DNA of 64,000 nucleotides from positions 23,622-87,621 of the forward strand of contig CAJMAO010000001.1 in NCBI GenBank assembly GCA_905211345.1, in the 5' to 3' direction. Shown here one piece after another: positions 1 to 7,912 of the stretch; within the stretch, counting starts at the first letter, position 1; every line of letters starts with the position of its first letter. Source of the DNA: an uncultured Prevotella sp. GTDB lineage: Bacteria > Bacteroidota > Bacteroidia > Bacteroidales > Bacteroidaceae. The notes beneath the pieces were generated by a model, which made no database searches, had not been told where the DNA came from, and worked only from the letters and a program-made list of their open reading frames with translations. A program made the translations under genes and the position numbers.

Positions 1-217
1 CACACATAATAAAGAAGCCTCCTATCCTCACTCGGACAAAAGGCTTCGATGCAATTAAAAATACCTCGATATGAGGGTTTGATGCAAAGGTACGAAATAA
101 TCCTGACACTTGCAAATAAAAGCGGCGGTCGCCATGAAAAGCAACCGCCGCCCGGTGTGTATTGATTCAGTTTGGCGTTTCCTTACAATCCTAAAGCCGC
201 TTTATTTCGGCCTAACG

Positions 218-325
218 CTAAATGTTGTTTTTCTTGTCTTTCAAAACTTTGTCTTGCCTGTTGAAATACACATATCCCACAACGGCAATAACGATTACCA
301 ACACAGATGTTACTATTGCTCCCAT
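218..325 (-). CDS. 35-aa single-TM peptide (MGAIVTSVLVIVIAVVGYVYFNRQDKVLKDKKNNI)
   Basis: Translated by hand, below track cutoff; hydrophobic N-half, basic tail; starts 2 nt after the stop of 328..510. Confidence 0.65.
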   Translation of the reverse strand: MGAIVTSVLVIVIAVVGYVYFNRQDKVLKDKKNNI

Positions 326-327
326 AA

Positions 328-510
328 TCATTCCTCCTTATCTTTTATCATTGACAATCCTACAACCAAAGTAACCAACACAGCTACCACTATTAAAGCG
401 TAAACATACCACGCCCATTCCTCTATGCCATTAAAAACAGATGACAATAAGATAGCGGTCGCCATGTATTTGGCTATATCCATAAGCCACTTTCCAAGTT
501 CTTTCTTCAT
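328..510 (-). CDS. Small two-TM membrane protein, DUF6722-like
   Basis: MKKELGKWLMDIAKY N-terminus and two hydrophobic segments; TACCTTTG box (518-525) just upstream. Confidence 0.7.
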   Translation of the reverse strand: MKKELGKWLMDIAKYMATAILLSSVFNGIEEWAWYVYALIVVAVLVTLVVGLSMIKDKEE

Positions 511-627
511 ACGCCAGCAAAGGTAAGCATTTATCCGTACAAATCAAAATCAACGCTGCAAAAAGAATAAAAAAGCGGCAACCCGTAAAGAGCCGCCGCC
601 GATAGTTTGATTAAGGATATAACCCTT

Positions 628-915
628 TTATATTTCCGTAAAAAAACTCTCCCATAAATTATAAAAAGCGACTTCGCCGGAAATGATTTGAAGTTGGTCG
701 CAAAGTTCGTTCCACGCCTTTTCAAAATCAGGATAGGCCGTGTCTACTTCTTTATGGTGCATTTCATAGGACACAGCCGACACCGTGCCGTGGATGTCGC
801 CGAGTGCTGCCGCGCAACAGGCAATCTTCTTCATCATGTCGCTTACTTTCACGTCATCCATTCCTGACAGGTTGGGAAACTCCTTTTTGATTAATTCCTT
901 TGTTTCCATAAACAT
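628..915 (-). CDS. Hypothetical protein downstream of C4/CI-like RNA
   Basis: 95-aa ORF with AT-rich translation start region. Confidence 0.6.
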   Translation of the reverse strand: MFMETKELIKKEFPNLSGMDDVKVSDMMKKIACCAAALGDIHGTVSAVSYEMHHKEVDTAYPDFEKAWNELCDQLQIISGEVAFYNLWESFFTEI

Positions 916-937
916 TTAATTTTTAGCAATAAAAAAA

Positions 938-1005
938 CCGTGTTGCGTGTTGCTAAAGCCTAAATGCAAGCTCCGTGGGTGTTTCCACTCCACGACACGG
1001 CACGG
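938..1005 (-). ncRNA. Candidate C4/CI-like antisense RNA
   Basis: Closing stem CCGTG/CACGG, inner CGTGT/ACACG, hairpin CGTGG-AGTGGAAACAC-CCACG; unpaired GCATTTAG and TTTAGCA complementary to leader 1076-1091. Confidence 0.55.
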
Positions 1006-1094
1006 TTTATTTCATATGAATACAATCAATGTACGGGCACAAAAAACGCCGACAATGAAGCCAGCGGATTGCACCGCATTTAGTTTTAGCACCG

Positions 1095-1102
1095 CAAAAA
1101 TA
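1095..1102 (-). promoter_or_regulatory. Bacteroidetes -7 promoter box TATTTTTG
   Basis: Matches TAnnTTTG; precedes leader, terminator-like hairpin (1041-1065) and antisense RNA. Confidence 0.6.
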
Positions 1103-1263
1103 CGCATTTATTCTGATACGGCAAAGAAAACCGCACGGAAAATGATATGCACCCGGCACATGGCATACCCCCTCCCCCGTCAGGGGCGAAAAAAATCCAC
1201 GCTGCCTCTCTCCAAAAATTTTTTTTTCGTAACTTTGTGACATAACACAAAGACTAAACAGGC

Positions 1264-1722
1264 ATGGCGAAGTTAACACTGCTGCTGCGTGAGGGGTATT
1301 TCCTTTGCCCTGAAAGCGGCGAAATGTACACCGAGGTTAGCGGACGCTTCACGGGCATAAGTACGGCTAAATACAAGGGTTTCACTTATTGGGCGGTAGG
1401 GCTGTCCGACGGCACAGATGATATGTGTGTGCTGCTGCAACTGAAAAGCAGCGCATTTGCGAACCTTGTCCTGTCGTTGGTCGGCTGTAAGTTCCGCATA
1501 TTGACACTCCAGCCGTACTTGGAGAAATGGAACGGTAAGGAAATAAAGAAGCTAAGCGTGTACGTAGACGGTGGTCGGTACTCTGCACCTTACATGGAGC
1601 TGCCACAGATAAGGCGAGTACGTGACGACAAAGGCAAGCCGTGGCACTGCGACTACTCCGAACGCCTGAAAAGATTGGCCGAATTAGCGGGCCACATAAA
1701 CACGTCCAACGCACACGTATAA
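1264..1722 (+). CDS. Hypothetical protein
   Basis: 152-aa ORF; TAACTTTG box at 1230-1237; downstream hairpin 1774-1803. Confidence 0.65.
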   Translation: MAKLTLLLREGYFLCPESGEMYTEVSGRFTGISTAKYKGFTYWAVGLSDGTDDMCVLLQLKSSAFANLVLSLVGCKFRILTLQPYLEKWNGKEIKKLSVYVDGGRYSAPYMELPQIRRVRDDKGKPWHCDYSERLKRLAELAGHINTSNAHV

Positions 1723-1817
1723 GGTTGCACTTAACTGTAATTATTTGATTTTCAGCGATTTACAACAAATAAAGAGAGCGGTCGTTTAAGGGCCACCCTC
1801 TCTATTATGATAGGCAA

Positions 1818-2438
1818 CTACTTAATGTAACATAATGCCTTTGGGTCAATCTCTGCCTTGTCCTTGTGGAGCATGATTAATCCGCACTTACCCCATGCGT
1901 CAGCGTCAACGACTGGCGAGAAGTTGAATGGTGCGCCGACATCGTGCTTGCTAACAAACGAAAGATAGGCATCCAGCTTTTCTTTTGCCTCCTGCGCCAA
2001 CCGCCACGCCTCCGCCTGTTCCTCTGTCTCGGCGAATATGCTATTTGCTTCGGCCAAATCCGCTTGCAGTTTCTCACGGTCAAGCGTCGCCCTGCCGTCT
2101 GAAAAAGTGAAGTAATCCAACCGGACTTTAAGGCTGCGCATCTCTTTTGTGAGCTGCGTGCAAATCTCCGTAAGCTGCTCCCTCCAAGTCCTCGTATCTA
2201 CGTGTTCTGCCGTGATGGGATATGGCGTGTGTGCCTGTGCGTTCTGAATAGCTTGCCGTTGAGCCTCGCTACAAATGAAGTCTTTATCCGCTATGCGTGA
2301 GAGGTCGAAGTCAGCCAGTTTCAGGCCGGTATCAATGACGGCTGAAATGGCTGCGTTAATACGCTGCTCCGTGTGCTTGTAATCGACCATTCTCGCTGTA
2401 ATGGCATTGTCATTCTTGAAAATCAAAAGTCTTTCCAT
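1818..2438 (-). CDS. Hypothetical helical protein
   Basis: 206-aa ORF in the leftward element operon. Confidence 0.65.
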   Translation of the reverse strand: MERLLIFKNDNAITARMVDYKHTEQRINAAISAVIDTGLKLADFDLSRIADKDFICSEAQRQAIQNAQAHTPYPITAEHVDTRTWREQLTEICTQLTKEMRSLKVRLDYFTFSDGRATLDREKLQADLAEANSIFAETEEQAEAWRLAQEAKEKLDAYLSFVSKHDVGAPFNFSPVVDADAWGKCGLIMLHKDKAEIDPKALCYIK

Positions 2439-2460
2439 TTCGTTTAATTTTTAGTGTTGA

Positions 2461-2631
2461 TTAAATATCCTTAGTTAAATCTTCGTCCACCTCTACGATA
2501 AACGTAATAAGGTGAATTGCCCTGTTTTTGTTCCGCCCTTTGGCTGCTTCGCCGAAATAGGCGTGCTTCAATTTGCCTTTGTCGAGCAAACGTAAAAGCC
2601 TTGTCAGTTTAGATTTTGTAAAATTATTCAT
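2461..2631 (-). CDS. 56-aa basic hypothetical protein (MNNFTKSKLTRLLRLLDKGKLKHAYF...)
   Basis: Translated by hand; fills the gap between co-directional genes. Confidence 0.5.
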   Translation of the reverse strand: MNNFTKSKLTRLLRLLDKGKLKHAYFGEAAKGRNKNRAIHLITFIVEVDEDLTKDI

Positions 2632-2650
2632 AATCTTTGTTTTTAATGGG

Positions 2651-2947
2651 TTAATTTATATCCGTTCTTTGCAGTTCTTGAAAGTAAAACTCTCCTCGTC
2701 CGTCAGGTGTGACCCTTGCCGTTATCCACTGCGGTACTCTGCCGTACATCTGATAAAATGTTTCTACCCCGACCGTGCGCTCCACCATGTCGCCAACGCT
2801 TGCGTAACCGTTGGCTTTGGCGAAAGCGTCGTTGACTTTCAGCTCCACCGCATCGTGGCACCCATACCAGCGGCGTATGGTGATAACCTCGCCATTGAAC
2901 ACATCCTCCAAAATCTCGTAGTCCTCGTTTTGCTCTAAAATTTTCAT
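2651..2947 (-). CDS. Hypothetical protein
   Basis: 98-aa ORF starting 3 nt after the DUF6371 gene stop. Confidence 0.6.
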   Translation of the reverse strand: MKILEQNEDYEILEDVFNGEVITIRRWYGCHDAVELKVNDAFAKANGYASVGDMVERTVGVETFYQMYGRVPQWITARVTPDGRGEFYFQELQRTDIN

Positions 2948-2950
2948 GTC

Positions 2951-3550
2951 TTATCTCCTTCTTTTATTTAGTAAATATTGATTTACGTCCGCGCATACGA
3001 AAGCGTCAGACACTGCCATGCGCTTATTGGGCAAACGCAATCCGTGCCATGCCTCGGCGTTAAGGCTGTCAGCGAACATTACGACATCATGCCCGGCCAA
3101 CTGCACCAGCATATCCCCTGTGACATTCTGCCCATAGCCGACAGCCAGCCATGTAAAAGACGGTTCGGCCACCGCTCCTAATAAGGCCGTGATTTCATCT
3201 TGGACAATGGCGATAGTTGAGGCATCATGTACCAAATGACCGCCAAAGAACGACGGCGCAGTAAACCACCACTCATAAGGCGGCATTAGCCTGTGAGTAA
3301 TAGATTCTGCCGTAATGACTTGCCCTGTGCCAACGTCGAATAACACAGCGCTTCCGTTCAATGGCTTGCCGTCTGCATCCAGCCTCCATAATGCCGCCGC
3401 TCCGTCCGTCTTGCAAGCTCCGATGTGATATAAAGGTATAAGCCTATCGGTTGCCTTAACACCGACGGTGCTTATCAGATATGCGACAAGGCACGAATAA
3501 TATGACGGTCTGACTATCTCCTTGTAAATATGTTTCTTGTACTCTTTCAT
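2951..3550 (-). CDS. DUF6371-like (primase/toprim-related) protein
   Basis: FFGGHL, IAIVQDEITALL, WLAVG, VVMFAD motifs typical of Bacteroidales DUF6371 proteins. Confidence 0.6.
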   Translation of the reverse strand: MKEYKKHIYKEIVRPSYYSCLVAYLISTVGVKATDRLIPLYHIGACKTDGAAALWRLDADGKPLNGSAVLFDVGTGQVITAESITHRLMPPYEWWFTAPSFFGGHLVHDASTIAIVQDEITALLGAVAEPSFTWLAVGYGQNVTGDMLVQLAGHDVVMFADSLNAEAWHGLRLPNKRMAVSDAFVCADVNQYLLNKRRR

Positions 3551-3563
3551 ATCTTCTGTTTCT

Positions 3564-3627
3564 TGTTACCCTTTGTTACCTCTGTTACCCCTCGCAATAG
3601 GGGTAACAAGGGTAACATGGGGTAACA
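3564..3627. repeat. Mirror-symmetric iteron array, 3x TGTTACC facing 3x GGTAACA
   Basis: Copies start at 3564, 3574, 3583 and 3602, 3611, 3621. Confidence 0.85.
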
Positions 3628-3629
3628 CA

Positions 3630-4685
3630 TTACTTTTTATTTAAATACTTGTTTACCGATTTGGCCGAAACTCCCAGCTCTGCTGCAATCTGCCTTTGGG
3701 TCCAACCTCGCGCTGCCAATTCCTTAGCTTTTGCCACCCGGTCGTTAATATCCTTGTCACTCGGTTCTTTCAAATGCTCCCTTTCGGTTGCAAAGCCTTG
3801 GAATACAAATTGCGTGAATGAATCTATCTGCTCAATGGCGTAAATTAAAACATTGTCCTTGTCATACTTGAAACTACCATATCTGCATTTGACTTGTTTG
3901 ACGTATCGCAATGCCGGGTCTTTGGCAGACTGACCGACGGCGAAAACACTATCAAAAAAATTAAAGAGTTTCTTTGAGCCTCCTAAATCATTTTGAGTGA
4001 TAGGGTTCGTCATTGTGCGTTTGGGTGTATGCGCGATTATAAGCAAGCTCCAGCCATATTTGAATTTAAGGCGCATGAATTGCCGCATAAGACTAACCGC
4101 GTCAGTTCCTTTCTCGCTGTCTTTACATAGCCATGTGATGTTGTCAACTATCACAACTTTTGCACCGATTTCCAATGCTGCCGATTCTATGTCTTGCATC
4201 AGTCTGTTTTCAAAGTCAGCGTCAAGTGCTTCACGGTTTATCTCCACCCGAAAGAAGTTGTCAGGGAATCGCGCCAATATATTTGTATTTTTGTCGGTAT
4301 ATCGCATTTGGAACTGCTTGTCGGAAAGTTCAAAATCAAAGTATAATACCCTTATTCCTCGCCTTGCAATGTCCGCACCAATCATCACTGCATACAATGA
4401 CTTGCCTAAATTACTATCACTGAATAAACAGCTTATTTCACCCTCGTACCAAAGTTCCAGCCAAAGCGGTGTGGGGTTTGGCCGGTTCGCCGCTTCCTTA
4501 ATTGTTGCATTGGCCGTCCTCACCCTAAACACTCCTACGTCCTGCGGCTCTTGGCTATCAAGCAGTCTTTGATATTCTTCTTTTAGGTCAAAGTCAGCCG
4601 CCATCACTTTGGATTTGTCAAAATTTTGTTGTATATTTGCACTCGGTATTATCGGGGCGGCTTCGGCCGCTTTTTTTGTTCTCAT
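3630..4685 (-). CDS. AAA_25/RecA-fold ATPase (helicase-like) with C-terminal HTH
   Basis: Walker A-like SDSNLGKS, Walker B VVIVDN, IIAHTPK; C-terminal WTQRQIAAELGVSAKSVNKYL. Confidence 0.8.
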   Translation of the reverse strand: MRTKKAAEAAPIIPSANIQQNFDKSKVMAADFDLKEEYQRLLDSQEPQDVGVFRVRTANATIKEAANRPNPTPLWLELWYEGEISCLFSDSNLGKSLYAVMIGADIARRGIRVLYFDFELSDKQFQMRYTDKNTNILARFPDNFFRVEINREALDADFENRLMQDIESAALEIGAKVVIVDNITWLCKDSEKGTDAVSLMRQFMRLKFKYGWSLLIIAHTPKRTMTNPITQNDLGGSKKLFNFFDSVFAVGQSAKDPALRYVKQVKCRYGSFKYDKDNVLIYAIEQIDSFTQFVFQGFATEREHLKEPSDKDINDRVAKAKELAARGWTQRQIAAELGVSAKSVNKYLNKK

Positions 4686-4837
4686 AACTCCGCCTCCTTG
4701 TCTTTGGGTCTACGTCTGCGCTCTTCGGCTATCAGTTTAACGACATCCGAGAAGTCATCATTTACTCTTTCATCGTCTATAACTTGTACGTCTTGTGGGT
4801 CAACGTCAAACTCTTTGCCCCTGATTACAATCTTCAT
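4682..4837 (-). CDS. 51-aa hypothetical protein (MKIVIRGKEFDVDPQDV...)
   Basis: Translated by hand; ATGA overlap with the AAA ATPase start. Confidence 0.55.
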   Translation of the reverse strand: MKIVIRGKEFDVDPQDVQVIDDERVNDDFSDVVKLIAEERRRRPKDKEAEL

Positions 4838-4854
4838 TGTTTAGTCCTCCTTGT

Positions 4855-5163
4855 TTAGTTTTTGTGTTTGTATTTGAACGTTCGTTTCTCTCTTACGGCC
4901 TCGTCTATCGACTCTGCCTCATACAATACACGGCCTCCTGCCTTTTTTGCCGTTATAAGTCCCTCTTTTGTCAGTCTTGCCAGCGTCGGCAAAGTGACAT
5001 GGAGCAGTTGTGCCGTCTCCGCTCGGCTGTAATACCTCGGTTCTCTCGGTTTAATAGCCTCAAGCAGCTTGTCCGTCACCCTCTCCACGATTATATTTAT
5101 AACTGGGTTAAGCCACGGCATAAGTGCCGACATTTGTGTTTGGTTTAGTCCTGTGTTCGTCAT
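4855..5163 (-). CDS. Excisionase-like helix-turn-helix protein
   Basis: YYSRAETAQLLHVTLPTL...GGRVLY HTH_17-type pattern; TAACTTTG box at 5223-5230. Confidence 0.8.
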   Translation of the reverse strand: MTNTGLNQTQMSALMPWLNPVINIIVERVTDKLLEAIKPREPRYYSRAETAQLLHVTLPTLARLTKEGLITAKKAGGRVLYEAESIDEAVREKRTFKYKHKN

Positions 5164-5346
5164 AACTTTGTTATTTATTAGTTATGAAGTATCAGGGTCG
5201 CGACTTCCTTAACTTCTTGCTGCAAAGTTAAGTGAAGAAAAAAATAAAAGAAAAAAGGGGATTTTACGATAAAAAGTAAGCCGCTCATAGTGAACGGCTT
5301 ACAAAAAATAAAGGTGATAGTATCAGGTGACTTTCAGGTGACAAAT

Positions 5347-6132
5347 CTAAAGATAATAGAATACACGCTGTAATTTATCGTCAGGTTCTAATATACTTGG
5401 CTTATAGTCTTTGTGATATTTACAACCTATAAGGTTGCAAAACTCCTTATACCACGCTCTGAATGTGTTTGGGCGCATAGCTGGCATGAGTTTTCCACTA
5501 TTATAAATCATCAGAGCTATTTTAGCTAAATCCTTATCACTCCAATTTTGCTTCAAATCGGGTAGAAGATTATCCTTGAAATAGTCTATATTACCATTTC
5601 CGCCACCCCGAAATGCTATCCTAAAACATTGCCGCAATTCATCTTCATTCATCTTACGTTTGTATTGTTGGCTTTGTTCCTTTGCCTCGGCCTTGCTGGG
5701 CTTTTCTCCATTGTCATATTTGGCCAGCTCGTCAATAATTTTGCTAATATCTGCAAGTAAGCTGTTTGCGTGGCTCGTAACCCCGGCCAAACCGCCGACA
5801 ACACGGCTCGCCCATTCTTCACCGTCTATTTTCTTTATCTTCTCGTATATTGAATCCAGCTCGGAATATTCAGGAAAGAATTTGTCTTGGTTCAGGCTTT
5901 TAGGTGCATTACGCAATACCAGCCGTGCCGTTTGCAAATTGTCTTTCAGCTTGCTTGCGTCTGCTGTCAGCTCATCTTCAATCGTCGTAACGTCAAAGTT
6001 GCTTATCTTTTCTATCAGGTTGTCAAATACTTCCAGCCTGTCAACGCCACGGCTAAAACCGCCGATAGCGCACCCCCGAAACAAACGGTCAACCTCGGCC
6101 ATGAGGTTTCTAAATTGTCTTATTGCATCCAT
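5347..6132 (-). CDS. Hypothetical protein coupled to integrase
   Basis: 261 aa; TAATG stop/start overlap with the integrase gene. Confidence 0.7.
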   Translation of the reverse strand: MDAIRQFRNLMAEVDRLFRGCAIGGFSRGVDRLEVFDNLIEKISNFDVTTIEDELTADASKLKDNLQTARLVLRNAPKSLNQDKFFPEYSELDSIYEKIKKIDGEEWASRVVGGLAGVTSHANSLLADISKIIDELAKYDNGEKPSKAEAKEQSQQYKRKMNEDELRQCFRIAFRGGGNGNIDYFKDNLLPDLKQNWSDKDLAKIALMIYNSGKLMPAMRPNTFRAWYKEFCNLIGCKYHKDYKPSILEPDDKLQRVFYYL

Positions 6133-7553
6133 TAGAATAATCCCTCGTTAGTTGCTTTATTTTCCTTGTCTGCTAATTTCTTCGCTATTGCATCCGCTAT
6201 CTCGTCAGAAGATAGTTTGACGTACTCACGGAAAGTCTTTGCGTCCTTGTGCCCTGATACGCTCATCATCTGCACCTCGTCAAACAGCCCTGTCAGGTAC
6301 AAGTTTGTTATGCCGCTGCGCCGTGCCGTGTGACTGCTTACGAGGTCGTAACGTGGTTTTACGACATATCCCTTAGCGTCACGCATAAAGGACACTTCGC
6401 CACGTTCTTCCATTGTCCGCTCTCTCATTGTCAGCACGGTACGCTCCAACTTTGCCAAAGACGGCACTACCTTAGACAAATCTTTTAATATCTTTTTGAC
6501 ATAGCGGTTTAGTATAACATCGCTTACTTTGGGTATTTCGTAGTTGTACTTTTCAGCGATGCAAAGTAAATTATTATTTAAGATAGGTATAACCACGGTG
6601 TTACCTGTCTTTTCCTGAACGATACGCACAACCTTTGTCCCTTTGGGTGTGGTGACAAAGTTCTCTCGTTCCAAACGGCTGTAATCGCTGAAACGTTGAC
6701 AGGTATAGCAACCTACGAGGAACACGTCACGGACAACCGATTTAAGGCCGTCCAGCTTCATTTCGTAAAGAGCTTGCAACTCCTGTTCCGTAAGATAGAT
6801 TTCCTTTGCCTTGTCGGTTTCCTGTACTTTCTTCGTACTGAAAGCCGTCAGTGCCCGTGTGTTATTATGTAATCTCTTTTTATACGCATAGCCAACCATC
6901 GCACGGAAAGTGATTAAATACTTGTTTACCGACTTCACCATGTAACCCTCTTTTTCCATAAAATTGATGAAACTATCTGTTAAAGTTTCGTCAATGTCAG
7001 CCCAGGTAAAGGGGTGCTTTTTGTAGAAACGCTTTAAGACACCAAAGAAGCTGCCCCACGCCTTGCATGTGTTTTTCTCGTATGTTTCGCCGTTGTATTT
7101 TATTTCTCCGCTTCGTATTCCGTCCAAAAAGTCCTGCATAAAAAGAATTACGTCGGCCTTGCGTGCCGCTTCCTTTTCCGCTTCAATGCGCATCTGTTCC
7201 TCTTGCGCCTTGCGTTCTTCATCTTCCCTTATACGCTGTTGTTCCCTTGCCTCTTTGAAAATCACATCGGCGACCGCTTCATCTATAATGTCTTTGTCGA
7301 ATACGCCTTGTTCCGTCAGGTTATCGAGGGCATTATCTACGCCCTGCATTTTTGCATAGACCTCCTTGCCGTCTTTTGTCTTTAAAAACTTGTTCCATTC
7401 CTCCAGCCCTGAATTGGCTTTTTCCCATGTGATAATGTCAACTTGAATAAGGCTGTTCACGAAAATGTCAACTTTCGGGCTTCTTTTCCTAATTCTCGTG
7501 TAAAGTGTGGCATATCCGGCCACGTTCTTTGTTCTCAAAAAAAATGTTCTCAT
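6132..7553 (-). CDS. Tyrosine site-specific integrase (Bacteroidales type)
   Basis: CQRFSD, SHTARRS, SGH, EY catalytic motifs; likely start MRTFFLRTK at 7553. Confidence 0.92.
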   Translation of the reverse strand: MRTFFLRTKNVAGYATLYTRIRKRSPKVDIFVNSLIQVDIITWEKANSGLEEWNKFLKTKDGKEVYAKMQGVDNALDNLTEQGVFDKDIIDEAVADVIFKEAREQQRIREDEERKAQEEQMRIEAEKEAARKADVILFMQDFLDGIRSGEIKYNGETYEKNTCKAWGSFFGVLKRFYKKHPFTWADIDETLTDSFINFMEKEGYMVKSVNKYLITFRAMVGYAYKKRLHNNTRALTAFSTKKVQETDKAKEIYLTEQELQALYEMKLDGLKSVVRDVFLVGCYTCQRFSDYSRLERENFVTTPKGTKVVRIVQEKTGNTVVIPILNNNLLCIAEKYNYEIPKVSDVILNRYVKKILKDLSKVVPSLAKLERTVLTMRERTMEERGEVSFMRDAKGYVVKPRYDLVSSHTARRSGITNLYLTGLFDEVQMMSVSGHKDAKTFREYVKLSSDEIADAIAKKLADKENKATNEGLF

Positions 7554-7597
7554 ATCATGTGTTTTTAATTGCACTACAAAGATACAAAATTTTTCCG

Positions 7598-7650
7598 TTG
7601 CTACCACATTGCTACCACATTTTTTGCTTTTATTTTATCTTGCTACCACA
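7598..7650. repeat. Integrase arm-type sites, 3x TTGCTACCACA
   Basis: Copies at 7598, 7609, 7640; IHF-like TATCAGGCAGTTA at 7673-7685. Confidence 0.7.
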
Positions 7651-7725
7651 GCAAAATAAAAGTTTAGCTGATTATCAGGCAGTTACAATAAACATCTTTA
7701 TCAAACAAAGTAAGAAAAAGTAATA

Positions 7726-7750
7726 TTTGTAGTGCCCTATCCACTACAAA
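7726..7750. other. Putative attR core, TTTGTAGTG-CCCTATC-CACTACAAA
   Basis: 9-bp inverted repeat around a 7-bp spacer, the geometry of a tyrosine recombinase core; TATCCACTAC resembles a tRNA 3' end. Confidence 0.6.
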
Positions 7751-7793
7751 AGAAGTCGCAAGGTTGGCAAATAGCCTTGTGGCTTCTTTTTTT
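7748..7793 (+). terminator. Intrinsic terminator after att site
   Basis: AAGAAGTCGCAAGG/CCTTGTGGCTTCTT stem followed by T run. Confidence 0.7.
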
Positions 7794-7912
7794 ATACATA
7801 ATACAAAAGTTTGATTGTTGACGTATGATGACACAAAAAAGCGGCGCAAGAGTTAACATTACCTTACGCCGCTCGATTCAAGAAGTAGTAGCCCTACTCT
7901 TTACCGTGATGA

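Larger units (their letters stand above)
1..7750. mobile_element. Right part of an integrative, satellite-like element (left end outside window)
   Basis: Integrase next to arm-type repeats and an att-like hairpin; xis-like HTH, AAA ATPase, DUF6371 and small hypothetical genes; housekeeping glgP resumes after 7800. Confidence 0.8.

Noticed and set aside
125..466. 12-bp match GCGGTCGCCATG at ~125 and ~455
   Set aside because: One copy is in a terminator stem and one is coding; no supporting structure, likely chance.
7726..7793. Complete tRNA gene
   Set aside because: Only about 10 nt resemble a tRNA 3' end; no D, anticodon or T arm.
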